From sequence record PQ478073.1: a DNA stretch of 64,000 bases, one strand, 5' to 3'. The position numbers and the translations under genes were made by a program. Of the stretch, positions 45,978 through 56,756 are shown one piece after another (within the stretch, counting starts at the first letter, position 1; each line of letters opens with the position of its first letter). The notes under the pieces are model-generated. The model was not told the DNA's origin. It did not search any database and saw only the letters and a list, made by a program, of their open reading frames with translations. The stretch comes from a phage.

Positions 45978-47783
45978 ATGCAATTAGATAAATTATATAC
46001 CGATGTAACAAATTTCCTAAATCAGAGTAATACTGATCTTACTAATGAAAACGCTAATAAAGATGCAAAATGCGTCAATACACATAGAGATTTACTAGCA
46101 GGTATTCTATCTAAGCATTATTCACAAGATGTTATTCCCACCGAGTTAATGCAATGGCATAATGATGGATATGGTCATATTCATGATTTAGATTACTATA
46201 TTAGCCCATTGACCAATTGTTGCTTGGTTAACTATCCTGATATGCTTAAAAACGGCTTCACTATTGGTTGTGCTAAAATTGAAGAACCAAAAAGTTTCAG
46301 TGTAGCTTGCACAGTACTGACACAAATTGTCCAAGCTGTTGCCAGTTCCCAATATGGTGGTCAATCTTTGGCTCACATTGATGTCGGATTAGAACCTTAC
46401 GTTCAAAAGTCATGGGATAAGCTGTTAGAAAAACAAAAGAAATATAATCTAAGTGATGAATTCATTGAAGAAGAACTACGTAAAGAAGTGTATGATGGCT
46501 GCCAAACATTACTTTACCAAACTAATTCAATGATTAGTACTAATGGTCAAGCTGCATTTATTTCTCTTAGTTTAGGTCTTAACACTTCTAAATTTGGTAA
46601 ATTAATCACTGAACAGTACTTAAAAGTCCATGAGAATGGTTTAGGTAAAGATAAGATTACTCCAGTGTTTCCTAAAGTAATTTTCTTTTTACAAGATGGT
46701 ATAAACATGAATACCAACGATAGTAATTATGACCTTAAACAGTTAGCTATGCGTTGTGCATCAAAACGAATCTACCCTGACTTTGTTTCAGTACCATTAA
46801 ATCACAAAGTGACTGGAAGTAGTAGTACTGCTGTAACACCGATGGGCTGTCGTTCATTCTTAGGAAAATGGGAAGATTCAAATGGAAATGAACAATACAA
46901 CGGTCGTTTCAATTTAGGTGTGGTTTCTATCAATTTACCTCTAATTGCTCTTGAGAGTACTTCTGACGGAGAGTTTTTTGATAAGATAGACGAGCATATG
47001 AATATTGCATATCGTGCTCAGATGAACCGCGTAGAGCGTTTAAAAGGCACTAAAGCAAAGCAAAATCCAATTTTGTTCATGGAAGGTGCATTAGCACGTT
47101 TAGGTGCAGAAGAAACCATTGACAAGCTATTTTACAATGGTTATGCTAGTATTAGTATTGGTTATGTTGGACTTGTTGAATGTTCAGAAATCCTCACTGG
47201 TTCTATCAGTAAGGAGTTTTGTATGTCAGTACTGAATTATATGAAAGTAAAATGCGATGAGTTCAAAAAAGAGAGTAATATAGCTTTTAGTCTATATGGA
47301 ACGCCAGCAGAGTCACTTTGTTATAAATTTGCACGTTGTATTGAAGCAAAATATCCTTCAGTACTAAAACGTGATTACATCACAAATTCCTTCCATCAAC
47401 CAGTATGGGTAGAAAGTTCTCCATTTGATAAATGGAGTTATGAAGAAGGCTTTGCTTACCTAAGTAACGGTGGAAACATCAGTTATGTTGAATCTCCAAA
47501 CTTAGCAAACAACATTCAAGCACTTGAAACATTAGTTAACTATGCTTACACGAAGATACCATATTTTGGTATTAACCAACCAGTTGACCATTGTTATGAA
47601 TGTGGCTTCCAGGGTGAGTTCAGTGTAGATAAACATGGTTTCCACTGTCCGGTATGTGATAATCGTAATGAGAAGACAATCTCAGTGATTCGTCGTGTTT
47701 CTGGTTACTTGGGTAATCCTTCTTCGCGTGGATTCAATAAAGGCAAACAACAAGAGTGTTGTGAGCGTATTCAGCACAAATAA
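45978..47783 (+). CDS. nrdD: anaerobic ribonucleoside-triphosphate reductase
   Basis: NENANKD ... RDLLAGI region, C-terminal Cys cluster and glycyl-radical RVSGYLG parallel T4 NrdD; start set to ATG with AAGGA RBS. Confidence 0.9.
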   Translation: MQLDKLYTDVTNFLNQSNTDLTNENANKDAKCVNTHRDLLAGILSKHYSQDVIPTELMQWHNDGYGHIHDLDYYISPLTNCCLVNYPDMLKNGFTIGCAKIEEPKSFSVACTVLTQIVQAVASSQYGGQSLAHIDVGLEPYVQKSWDKLLEKQKKYNLSDEFIEEELRKEVYDGCQTLLYQTNSMISTNGQAAFISLSLGLNTSKFGKLITEQYLKVHENGLGKDKITPVFPKVIFFLQDGINMNTNDSNYDLKQLAMRCASKRIYPDFVSVPLNHKVTGSSSTAVTPMGCRSFLGKWEDSNGNEQYNGRFNLGVVSINLPLIALESTSDGEFFDKIDEHMNIAYRAQMNRVERLKGTKAKQNPILFMEGALARLGAEETIDKLFYNGYASISIGYVGLVECSEILTGSISKEFCMSVLNYMKVKCDEFKKESNIAFSLYGTPAESLCYKFARCIEAKYPSVLKRDYITNSFHQPVWVESSPFDKWSYEEGFAYLSNGGNISYVESPNLANNIQALETLVNYAYTKIPYFGINQPVDHCYECGFQGEFSVDKHGFHCPVCDNRNEKTISVIRRVSGYLGNPSSRGFNKGKQQECCERIQHK

Positions 47784-47791
47784 GGTAAATT

Positions 47792-48124
47792 ATGGATTTA
47801 AAGCCAATTGTGGTTAACAAATACAAAGAACCGTATGATGTGTATATTGGACGTGGGTCTAAATGGGGAAACCCATTTACCCATATTAAAGATAAACAAA
47901 CTAAAGCCGAATTCATTGTTAGTACAAGAGAAGAATCAATTGAAAAATTCAGAGAATACATTATTGAACGTATTTCTTGTGGAGAAGTTAAGATTGATGA
48001 ATTACTTGAACTCGCAGGGAAACGCCTTGGTTGTTTCTGTAAACCCAAATCATGTCACGGCGATGTTCTTGTCGAAATAGTGAGTGCAATATTAGATGAA
48101 TTACCAGACGATAATCAAGGATGA
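47792..48124 (+). CDS. conserved small Cys-containing protein (GNPF ... CFC ... CHG); family assignment uncertain
   Basis: ORF track; sits between nrdD and nrdG. Confidence 0.5.
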   Translation: MDLKPIVVNKYKEPYDVYIGRGSKWGNPFTHIKDKQTKAEFIVSTREESIEKFREYIIERISCGEVKIDELLELAGKRLGCFCKPKSCHGDVLVEIVSAILDELPDDNQG

Positions 48125-48566
48125 TTTAGTAAATGGAGAGGGCGTTCGCTGCTCTTTATTTGTTAGTGGGTGTTCGCACGGATGTGATGGTTGCTTCAAT
48201 GAAGAAGCATGGGACTACCGAAGTGGACAAGAGTTCAGTACTGAAACAGTTGAGATTATACTACAGGAACTAAAAAAACCATATGTTAGTGGGTTGTCAC
48301 TTCTAGGTGGTGATCCATTAATGAAAAAGAATATAGATGAAGTTTTAAATCTATGCAAAGTAGTTAAAGAAACTTATCCTAGTAAAACTATTTGGTGCTG
48401 GAGTGGGTATACTTTAGATGAGATTATGAAAAATCATTCTAAAGATATACTTCAGTACTTAGATGTATTAGTTGATGGTAAGTTTATTGAGTCCGAAAAG
48501 AATTTAAAATTACCTTTCCGTGGTTCAAATAATCAAAGAATACTATATAAAAATAAAGATTTTTAA
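48096..48566 (+). CDS. nrdG: anaerobic ribonucleotide reductase activating protein (radical SAM)
   Basis: VSGCSHGCDGCFN Cys cluster; N-terminus MNY...DLVNGEGVR parallels T4 NrdG. Confidence 0.85.
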   Translation: MNYQTIIKDDLVNGEGVRCSLFVSGCSHGCDGCFNEEAWDYRSGQEFSTETVEIILQELKKPYVSGLSLLGGDPLMKKNIDEVLNLCKVVKETYPSKTIWCWSGYTLDEIMKNHSKDILQYLDVLVDGKFIESEKNLKLPFRGSNNQRILYKNKDF

Positions 48567-48570
48567 CATA

Positions 48571-48595
48571 AGCACCCGTTGGGTGCTTTTTTGTT
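48571..48595 (+). terminator. rho-independent terminator
   Basis: stem AGCACCC/GGGTGCT then T-run. Confidence 0.7.
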
Positions 48596-48642
48596 ATGTA
48601 TATAAATACATTAACTAATATCTAATTTATAAGGGATATATA

Positions 48643-51339
48643 ATGTCAAAGAAAATATATGGTGGCTTGGATGTCACACATAATGTGACAGTTAATGGTA
48701 AAAGAACAATACAAGGTATCAATGATCAAGTATTTGATGCTAATGGCAATATGGAGCTAGATACTTATTCAAGAGATGAAGTACTAGATATCGTCAGTAT
48801 GATGCCAATTTCCCATTATGGGTCACAAAACTATCTTCCTGCTGGTGTATCTGGTGATTTCAATGGTGCATCTGAAAACCAGTCCCAACGTAGAAATAAA
48901 ATTTTATTAGAAAACGATGGTACACTCGTATTATTACGTAGTGGTACAAACGGTAGTGTTGAGGGATTATATTATTCATATTTGGCTAACGCATTATCAG
49001 TTGATGACATGAGCCGTACAATTAACACCAGTCGTCAATACAAGCCTGGTTTTTTCGGTTCAAATCGCGTCGCAATTGGCTTATACAATACTGATCCAAA
49101 TATTTTACTCGGTAGATATGTAGACACTTCTAACAGTACTAATGGATTGTTTATTTCTATTACTAATGGTACATTAGATGATAAATTACATACTGGTTTT
49201 TTTGTAAATCAAGCAGATATTTGCCCTGAAGGGGGTATAGAATTTGCAATGATGGCTGAAGATGGTTCAATCTATGTCTTTAGTGTTCTTAATGAAAATA
49301 ACCAACTACAGTTAGTTGTTGTCCGAGTTGTATATAATATTAGCAATGGAACATATACGGCAACTCGTATTACAGGATGGACTACAAAAACATTCTATAA
49401 TACAACTTATTCTGCACAGAATAACATGGTTATTACTAATCAAGTAACTTCAACTAATATAGCAGATAAGCCTTATGTGTATGTACCACAAAACCTACGT
49501 GGTATTGGGATTTATATGACATCCATTGATTTGTATGTTGCACAGCAACCAGGAACACAGAACTTTCGTTTTAGAATGAATGGTGATGCATGGTTTACAA
49601 TGGCGACATATAATGTCCGACCACAACATAGCTACAGCTTTGCATTTAATATGAGTACTAAACAATGCACCCTAGACGCTGGGAATGACATAGGTTCATA
49701 TCAAGCACCATTGGTTATAACCAATACTGGCTCTGCATTAGTGCCTACAGGTAACGTTTTAAATAATGATCCATTATATAATCATGCTGGTGCAAGAAAC
49801 ATTTATAGTTCATATTTTTATTTGAATTCTGGTGAAGCTTTTTGTACTGCATGTCCAAACTTAGCAGAACCATTACTTATGCAAAAAGCTAAGTTTCCTA
49901 TTCAAATAGTTTATAGTATGCTGAATGTCCGTGCTGTACTTTCTACTGACTTCAAAGGTGGTATAGTTCGCCCGTCTTTTGGTTCAGCGGTTGGTTCATT
50001 TATTAATGGTGTAGAATTACTACCAGATAACAGTACTAAACAATATTCACGTGCATCAGGTAGTGGTGGATTTAGACCATCATATGCAGTTCATAAAAGT
50101 ACTCCTAATTTTACATTTAAATCATTATCTTTAGGAACAATACAAGGTTATGAACCTACAGTTGAACGTGCTAATGTTGATGATAATGCAAATAATAGAA
50201 TTTTTATTAGTAGTATTTCTGGGTCAACTGTCACAACCAATGGTGGTATTTTTATGGTTGGGCAACGTTATTCACAATCATTATCCTATGATAAAAACTT
50301 AAATGGCACAGGAATTATAAGCGTTACACAATCAGTACTGGACAATTTTAGAAATACTGAATATGCCAAAGTTCTAAGTGACTGGAATTTATCAGCACAA
50401 GCATACCGTGATATGACACTATTTGTTCCACAACAAACAGACATTCCAGCTTTTGTTATGTTGAGTACAATTACTAATGATTATAGAAACTATATTAGAA
50501 TTGCTGAAGTTAATGTCAATACTAGAGTTGGTAATATTACATCTATTACATTTAAGCGTTTAGTACTTGAGAATACGTATGGTGATAACTTTACACCAAC
50601 TGGGAATGGTTCGATTGCATCTTCTTCTGTTGGTTTGACCATATATGATGGTGGTTCATTCTACTTCATTGGTGGTTCTGACCCATTATCACATCCAACA
50701 ATAGGTAATACTGCAACTCATCAATTTAGAGCATATGTAACTAAATCAACTGCACAATTTACAAGTTTTATAATTACTGGTTCTCATGCCAGTTATGAAC
50801 AAGGAAGTCAACCAGCAGCGTTACCTGGTATTGGTTTTGGAATTTTTGAACCAATGGATTACTCAAATAAAATGACATTCAAAAAATATGGAACAACGAT
50901 TGCAGACTATAATAACTGGACTGCACAAGGTAGCCCAATTAACGTAGTATCCCAGGACGTTGCTCAAGGGTTTATTGTATATTTTACAGAGGAAACACCA
51001 GTTATTCTTTCAGGTAAGTCATTTTCACTACCAGTTTCAAATATTGATTTGAGAACTATTAAGTCTAATCCAGCAAATACAACATTTTATGTATATGTTA
51101 AATTGGAACAAGGATTGGCAAACTATTACATAACTACTGATGTTATTTCTGAAACAGGAACAACTGCATATAATATTTTTTGGATAGGTACAATTCAAAC
51201 TAACGCAATTCAAATCGAAACAATTAATATACAAAAACGTTCCCGTTTAGATATATTTGGTGCTTCACTTGAATCAGCAGGTTCATCGTTCCCAGTTAGC
51301 TACGGTCTACCATCACAAACAGGAACCATAAACTGGTAA
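48643..51339 (+). CDS. tail-fibre-like protein 1 (putative receptor-binding protein)
   Basis: 898 aa, Asn/Ser/Thr/Gly-rich; paralogous to 51955 gene; shared C-terminal module. Confidence 0.55.
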   Translation: MSKKIYGGLDVTHNVTVNGKRTIQGINDQVFDANGNMELDTYSRDEVLDIVSMMPISHYGSQNYLPAGVSGDFNGASENQSQRRNKILLENDGTLVLLRSGTNGSVEGLYYSYLANALSVDDMSRTINTSRQYKPGFFGSNRVAIGLYNTDPNILLGRYVDTSNSTNGLFISITNGTLDDKLHTGFFVNQADICPEGGIEFAMMAEDGSIYVFSVLNENNQLQLVVVRVVYNISNGTYTATRITGWTTKTFYNTTYSAQNNMVITNQVTSTNIADKPYVYVPQNLRGIGIYMTSIDLYVAQQPGTQNFRFRMNGDAWFTMATYNVRPQHSYSFAFNMSTKQCTLDAGNDIGSYQAPLVITNTGSALVPTGNVLNNDPLYNHAGARNIYSSYFYLNSGEAFCTACPNLAEPLLMQKAKFPIQIVYSMLNVRAVLSTDFKGGIVRPSFGSAVGSFINGVELLPDNSTKQYSRASGSGGFRPSYAVHKSTPNFTFKSLSLGTIQGYEPTVERANVDDNANNRIFISSISGSTVTTNGGIFMVGQRYSQSLSYDKNLNGTGIISVTQSVLDNFRNTEYAKVLSDWNLSAQAYRDMTLFVPQQTDIPAFVMLSTITNDYRNYIRIAEVNVNTRVGNITSITFKRLVLENTYGDNFTPTGNGSIASSSVGLTIYDGGSFYFIGGSDPLSHPTIGNTATHQFRAYVTKSTAQFTSFIITGSHASYEQGSQPAALPGIGFGIFEPMDYSNKMTFKKYGTTIADYNNWTAQGSPINVVSQDVAQGFIVYFTEETPVILSGKSFSLPVSNIDLRTIKSNPANTTFYVYVKLEQGLANYYITTDVISETGTTAYNIFWIGTIQTNAIQIETINIQKRSRLDIFGASLESAGSSFPVSYGLPSQTGTINW

Positions 51340-51350
51340 AGGATTACATA

Positions 51351-51938
51351 ATGGCATATAAAATAAGAGCAGACCTTAAGGCAATGCAACAAGTTACAGT
51401 ACAGGGTAAAAGTACTGGACTTGGTGTATTAGGTAATAATATGACTTATTACCCAACAAATTCAAATGGGGAATGTACATTCCCCTCTATTACCAAAGAT
51501 GAAGTTAACTTTATTGTCAATGGATTACCACTTACACAATACGGAGAATTGTATGATGACGCTAGTCTAAATATTACTTCATCAGGCTATAGTCTTACAT
51601 TTAATAGACAGATACCATCATTTATTGGTGGTTATCTTTATAAATTTCCAGCAGTTTCTATTTTTGCTTCAACTGTTTCATCTGGAACACAAACACAATA
51701 TGTATATGCAACGTTAGTTCTCGGTGAACCAATTTATAAAATATCACCAACACAAATACAAGAATCTGAAATTATAATGTTTATTGGTACTCTTACTGTA
51801 GGTACAAGTGGTATTACAAATATAAACATTAATAAAGTATCCAGATTTAGTACATATAGACCTAGTGTTACACAAAAAGGTTCTTCATTCCCAGTCAGTA
51901 CTGGAAAACCATCAGAAACTGGTACAATTGGTTGGTAA
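51351..51938 (+). CDS. short tail-fibre-like protein carrying the shared C-terminal module
   Basis: C-terminus GSSFPVSTGKPSETGTIGW matches neighbours. Confidence 0.55.
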   Translation: MAYKIRADLKAMQQVTVQGKSTGLGVLGNNMTYYPTNSNGECTFPSITKDEVNFIVNGLPLTQYGELYDDASLNITSSGYSLTFNRQIPSFIGGYLYKFPAVSIFASTVSSGTQTQYVYATLVLGEPIYKISPTQIQESEIIMFIGTLTVGTSGITNININKVSRFSTYRPSVTQKGSSFPVSTGKPSETGTIGW

Positions 51939-51954
51939 ATTAAGGAAAAGAAAG

Positions 51955-54684
51955 ATGTCATCAAAACGAATTATAGGAAGTGCCGAGATCCTTGGGAACT
52001 TGGCAATTGGACAAAGGTACGCTATGCGTACTTTTAATGGAACCTCACCGAATGCCAATACTGGAATTGTTCAATATCCAATATATAAGCGTTCAGAAGT
52101 TCAAAGTATTTTAGATATGTTGCCTATATCACGTGTAGGAGAAATGGATTACTTACCATTAAACGTAAGTGGGTCGTATGAAGGTGCTACACCTATGTCA
52201 AGTGACCAAGTAGTTCAGCCAACAATTATTGAAGATGATGGAACCGCCGTTGTTCTGCGTAGCGGAACCAATGGTAGTACTAAAGGTTTTTATTATTCAT
52301 TTATACGAGAACTCCGAAATATAACTATGATTTCACAAGAAAGTGTTATTTCAACCAATTCAATGTATAAACCTTCAATTATGAGTAGTACTGAAAATAT
52401 TAAGTATTTTATTGGCTCTAATGGTTATGAGATGCTTGGATGTTTAAGTACTGAAGATAATTATATTTTTACTATAACCAATGGCACATTTAACGAAATA
52501 TCACATATTCATGCTAAAGTGCCAAGTACTTCTTTTGGTAATGATATGCCAATATATACACATATTGTTGGGACAAAGGTTTATATTTGGTGTAAAGATA
52601 AAAGTGTTTCTAATTTAGGATTAGCACTTTCAATTTATACAGTAGAGCTAAGTGATGTGAAAGCAAGCTCAATGGCATCATTAACAAAAGTTACTGGGTT
52701 ATCAGGTCAAACTGTTCGAAACACAAGTTATTCTGCATCTAATAACATAAGAGTGTTCGATAAATTATATAGTGTTGGTACTAGCTCGGATTCATTATTC
52801 GAAGTTACATCACCAGTATCACGTGTAGAATTTTCAGACTATACAGACTTTAACATTCAAGCCAACGTTAGTCCTGATTTATCAAAAATACGTGTAACTT
52901 TATATCCAACACATCGAATGGTTACACCTTTGTATATTTCAACAGTTTATGGTACTGGAATAAGTTTTGTTTATAATATAAACTCAAAATCTATGTCACT
53001 AGATGGTAGTGCTCGTGCACCTGCAACTGTTTCATATAATAATGGATTTCAAGTTTCTAACCCATTTGAAATTAATATGGTCAACTTCACAGGGACAACT
53101 GCTGCTGGTGTATTAGGAAACGCAGGTGGTTTATGTCAAACTAAAGATGGTTTGGTATTTGCATCTAAATTTAGATGGAGTTCAACTGAATTTTATGGTC
53201 TACAACGATATAAGGTTAGTGGTACACCGTTTGATTCATGGGTTGCCAGTACTAGAACCGCAAGTAACGTTATAAATGCAAACGTTTTACCAGTTTTTGG
53301 TAGTGCTGTTGGTGCAAACCTTTTAGGTGTACGTTTCATCGATAATAGAAAAATATTATTAGCATGTTCTGGTACGTATGATGATGTAACATATAATTAT
53401 AATAATACTGTTTTTTCTGAAATAGGTTCACAACCAACATATCAATATAACTCAGTTCAAAATAATACTACATTAAATGGTTTTGCACCACAATCTAATC
53501 GTAAACAAATAGGCGATGATTTTACATACACTGCTATGATTTCTCTTGTTGATACCGATGGTAGTGTTAGATGCTATGGAACATCATTCATTGAAGGTGT
53601 ATATAAAACAAGTGGTGGATTATTAAATCCAGATACTTTAGAATTTGATGAAACATATACAATAGAACCAACGGTATTAGAATCATTAAAACAAGATATT
53701 TTTGCTAATATAGGAAACTCTGGCATTGTTGGTACACTATCTGGACAAATTGTATTATATTATGTACCTGATAATACTTTTTCTAAATCCATCGCAGTAG
53801 TTTCAGCATATAATCTTAACAATAACCAAGGTTATGCAATCTATGCCGAAGTTGATGTTGTATTATCTGGAACTAACATAACTTCAGCTACATTGGTGAG
53901 TACTAGATATGAGACACTTAGTTCTGTTACAGGAATTATTACTGAAGCATATATGAAACGTTGTACTGGTCTAACAGTTGCAAAATATTCAGGATTTGGT
54001 TACATTGGTGTTGATGCTGTTCATCAATTTTCACAACCAGGTAATGCACAATTTAAGATGATGATAGCTAAAACAGTAGATGGTGTCATAACATCAAATC
54101 GTTTTTTATCATCTAGTTACATCCAACTTGGTGCAGCATATCAACATGGTGTTATTCCTGGTGTTGGTTTTGGATATTACAATTTTCAAGATTCTGACTA
54201 TCAAACCAAATCTGTATTCAGCGTTTTTGGTACAACATCTGCTGAAATGGATGGTTTAATTAGCGGAAATGGTAGCGTTAAAGAAAAGATTGTGGTAGTA
54301 TCACAAGACGTTGCACAAGGATTCTCAGTGTACTTTACACGTGAAGTTCCGGTGTTTTTAGGTGGAATTTTCGACAGACTACCTATACAAAGTGTTGATT
54401 TAAGTACTGTAAAAAGTAACCCAGCTAATACTACGTTCTATTTGTATATACAAATGAACAGGAATACTAAGAAAGCGTCATATGTTATTAGTACTGAAAC
54501 AATTGATGAATCTTTAACTAGCACTTACATTGGTAAGATAGTTACTGGAACTTCAGGAATAACTTCAATTGATACAGAAAAAGTAACTCGTTTTTTGACA
54601 TATCGTCCAAGTACAACGAAACGTGGTTCAGCGATACCTGCCAGTACTGGTGTACCATCAGGTCCAGGTACACGTTGGAAATAA
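51955..54684 (+). CDS. tail-fibre-like protein 2 (paralog of 48643 gene)
   Basis: shared segments VVLRSGTNGS and VVSQDVAQGF..YFT...SNPANTTFY; AAGGA RBS before ATG at 51955. Confidence 0.55.
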   Translation: MSSKRIIGSAEILGNLAIGQRYAMRTFNGTSPNANTGIVQYPIYKRSEVQSILDMLPISRVGEMDYLPLNVSGSYEGATPMSSDQVVQPTIIEDDGTAVVLRSGTNGSTKGFYYSFIRELRNITMISQESVISTNSMYKPSIMSSTENIKYFIGSNGYEMLGCLSTEDNYIFTITNGTFNEISHIHAKVPSTSFGNDMPIYTHIVGTKVYIWCKDKSVSNLGLALSIYTVELSDVKASSMASLTKVTGLSGQTVRNTSYSASNNIRVFDKLYSVGTSSDSLFEVTSPVSRVEFSDYTDFNIQANVSPDLSKIRVTLYPTHRMVTPLYISTVYGTGISFVYNINSKSMSLDGSARAPATVSYNNGFQVSNPFEINMVNFTGTTAAGVLGNAGGLCQTKDGLVFASKFRWSSTEFYGLQRYKVSGTPFDSWVASTRTASNVINANVLPVFGSAVGANLLGVRFIDNRKILLACSGTYDDVTYNYNNTVFSEIGSQPTYQYNSVQNNTTLNGFAPQSNRKQIGDDFTYTAMISLVDTDGSVRCYGTSFIEGVYKTSGGLLNPDTLEFDETYTIEPTVLESLKQDIFANIGNSGIVGTLSGQIVLYYVPDNTFSKSIAVVSAYNLNNNQGYAIYAEVDVVLSGTNITSATLVSTRYETLSSVTGIITEAYMKRCTGLTVAKYSGFGYIGVDAVHQFSQPGNAQFKMMIAKTVDGVITSNRFLSSSYIQLGAAYQHGVIPGVGFGYYNFQDSDYQTKSVFSVFGTTSAEMDGLISGNGSVKEKIVVVSQDVAQGFSVYFTREVPVFLGGIFDRLPIQSVDLSTVKSNPANTTFYLYIQMNRNTKKASYVISTETIDESLTSTYIGKIVTGTSGITSIDTEKVTRFLTYRPSTTKRGSAIPASTGVPSGPGTRWK

Positions 54685-54690
54685 ATTTAA

Positions 54691-54719
54691 AGCTCGTCTA
54701 TTGACGGGCTTTTCTTTTA
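54691..54719 (+). terminator. rho-independent terminator overlapping the next promoter
   Basis: stem AGCTCGTC/GACGGGCT then T-run. Confidence 0.6.
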
Positions 54720-54729
54720 TGTGTATAAT
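54701..54729 (+). promoter_or_regulatory. sigma70 consensus-like promoter TTGACG-17-TATAAT
   Basis: near-consensus hexamers about 25 nt upstream of RBS. Confidence 0.6.
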
Positions 54730-54751
54730 TGAATAAAAATAGGAGGAAATT

Positions 54752-55318
54752 ATGGTCAAAACTTTATTACCACCACCAAAACGTCACAAAATCAAAGAAA
54801 TGAAAGAACAACGTACATTAAAGATGTACAACAATTTAGTTAAGTTACTGTGTAAAAGTCCATCGCTCAAAGCAGAGTTTAAAACTGATGATGACCGTAA
54901 AGCACTAATTGAGATGAAATATATGCTCAGTAAAATGTCCTTTTACAAATTTGTAAAAGAATACGCATCTGACCCATTTAGTCCTCGTTGGAGAGCCAAA
55001 CCAAGAGAGTATTTTTACGGTGGTTCATATACAGATCGCATTCAAGACACAGTGATGGGAGTTGAATTTGAAATCGATTATGAGCCGAATGGTGAGGAAA
55101 TCTTGCAGATTGAGAAACGTTTACCAAGTGAAGAAGAAATTTATGTTTATGCAAGAAAACTTTCAACTTACAGTTCAAGAATTACTCTAGGCAATTTAGA
55201 TTCATTAATTATTTTCTATACACGTGTTGGTGTAGATAAGATGGTAACTAAACTCAATGAACTTTCATTACAACAAAAACAGATTAATGCATACAAAGAC
55301 ATTACTGATTTATACTAA
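54752..55318 (+). CDS. hypothetical protein, tandem triplet family C (member 1)
   Basis: ORF track; AGGAGG RBS; motif KSPSLKAEFKTDDDRKALIEMKYMLSK. Confidence 0.6.
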   Translation: MVKTLLPPPKRHKIKEMKEQRTLKMYNNLVKLLCKSPSLKAEFKTDDDRKALIEMKYMLSKMSFYKFVKEYASDPFSPRWRAKPREYFYGGSYTDRIQDTVMGVEFEIDYEPNGEEILQIEKRLPSEEEIYVYARKLSTYSSRITLGNLDSLIIFYTRVGVDKMVTKLNELSLQQKQINAYKDITDLY

Positions 55319-55324
55319 TGAGGA

Positions 55325-55846
55325 ATGGATATGTTTTTTGGATCAGTTGGAAAACAAAACAGTACTTTAATTTGGCATGAAATTATCTTTAAAATTATAT
55401 CTAAAAGCTACTCACTAAAGGATATTATCACCACAGATAATGATAGACGTATCCTGTTAGATGCAAAATATAAATTGAGCAAACACCCTTTACTTTCTTT
55501 AATCATTGATTACGTTAATGATTATGAATCTAGTCGTTGGAAGTGGGAAGACGGCGGTTTATTTCGTGGAAAAACATTCTACGGTGCGGAACGATATGTT
55601 TTCAGTGATGCATCAAATGGCGTTAAGTTTGTTATTAGAAACTTTAACTCCAAAGAAAATGATTATCTTGAAAGTGGAGTGAAAGTATATATCGATAATA
55701 ATAGCAATGTCCTAACATATGACGAATCACTAATTATGTTACAAATAATGCGTGGTGTTGAAGGTGTAAGAAACAACCTTACTAAATTGAAAATCCAGCA
55801 AAATGATATACATAATAGACAGAAAATTAAGGGTTTATATAAATGA
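55325..55846 (+). CDS. hypothetical protein, family C (member 2)
   Basis: motif KSYSLKDIITTDNDRRILLDAKYKLSK. Confidence 0.6.
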   Translation: MDMFFGSVGKQNSTLIWHEIIFKIISKSYSLKDIITTDNDRRILLDAKYKLSKHPLLSLIIDYVNDYESSRWKWEDGGLFRGKTFYGAERYVFSDASNGVKFVIRNFNSKENDYLESGVKVYIDNNSNVLTYDESLIMLQIMRGVEGVRNNLTKLKIQQNDIHNRQKIKGLYK

Positions 55847-56352
55847 TTTCATTTTTCAAAAAGAAACAAAAAGTTGATGAAACAGGATTAGAATCGTTTC
55901 TATGGACTCTTATCATCAAAAAAAGTCCATTGATAAAAGAATATGCTATCAATGATGCTAATAGAAAAACTATCATTGAATACAAATACGAATTATCAAA
56001 ATGTGATCCAATCGTTTATCACTTTGCGAAGTACTGTTCAAAAAATTTATCGGATATCACAATAGACCATGAGTCAGTTCCAATGAGCTTTCCTTATGGT
56101 GATTGGGTAGATACTTTTGATATTTTTGATGGGTCCAATGGATTCAGTTTCTTTTACTCGTCAAATAAAGCAAATGTTCGTATTAAAACAGAGATAGGTT
56201 GGGCACAGCATAGCTCAAATAAAGAAGATTATAATTTACTAGCTGACGTATACCGAAGTGTGAAGAATTCAAAGGATATTGATGAAAGAATTAAAAAGCA
56301 AAATCGTATTTCTTTATCACTTGAAACATACAAGTCAAAGTATGGTGGTTAA
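55843..56352 (+). CDS. hypothetical protein, family C (member 3)
   Basis: motif KSPLIKEYAINDANRKTIIEYKYELSK; ATGA coupling. Confidence 0.6.
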   Translation: MISFFKKKQKVDETGLESFLWTLIIKKSPLIKEYAINDANRKTIIEYKYELSKCDPIVYHFAKYCSKNLSDITIDHESVPMSFPYGDWVDTFDIFDGSNGFSFFYSSNKANVRIKTEIGWAQHSSNKEDYNLLADVYRSVKNSKDIDERIKKQNRISLSLETYKSKYGG

Positions 56353-56354
56353 CG

Positions 56355-56756
56355 ATGACTACAGTTGATGATATCTACAGCACTATACGCAATATGAGTA
56401 CAGATAGAAAAGTATTTGGTGATAAAGAAAAATCTAAGTGTTATGGTATTGATTCTTTTGATATAATTTCTTATGAGTACAACACGAGTGGAAATAGTTC
56501 ACTGAATATCGTCTGCCCTCGTGACCCAGAAAATAATTTTATGTATGTTGAAATTAATAATGATGGAATATTTTTTACAAAAGTTTTTAAAGGTGGAATT
56601 AATTACGAACCAATTGAATGTATGAATGAAGAAACTTTCTTTCAAGAAGATACAATTATCAATTTAGGTTTTAGTTTTGATGATTATAAAACATTAGAAC
56701 ATGACTTTAATCGTTATTATAACGGTTTCTTAAAGGAGTTAACAATTTATCTATGA
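56355..56756 (+). CDS. hypothetical protein
   Basis: ORF track. Confidence 0.55.
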   Translation: MTTVDDIYSTIRNMSTDRKVFGDKEKSKCYGIDSFDIISYEYNTSGNSSLNIVCPRDPENNFMYVEINNDGIFFTKVFKGGINYEPIECMNEETFFQEDTIINLGFSFDDYKTLEHDFNRYYNGFLKELTIYL

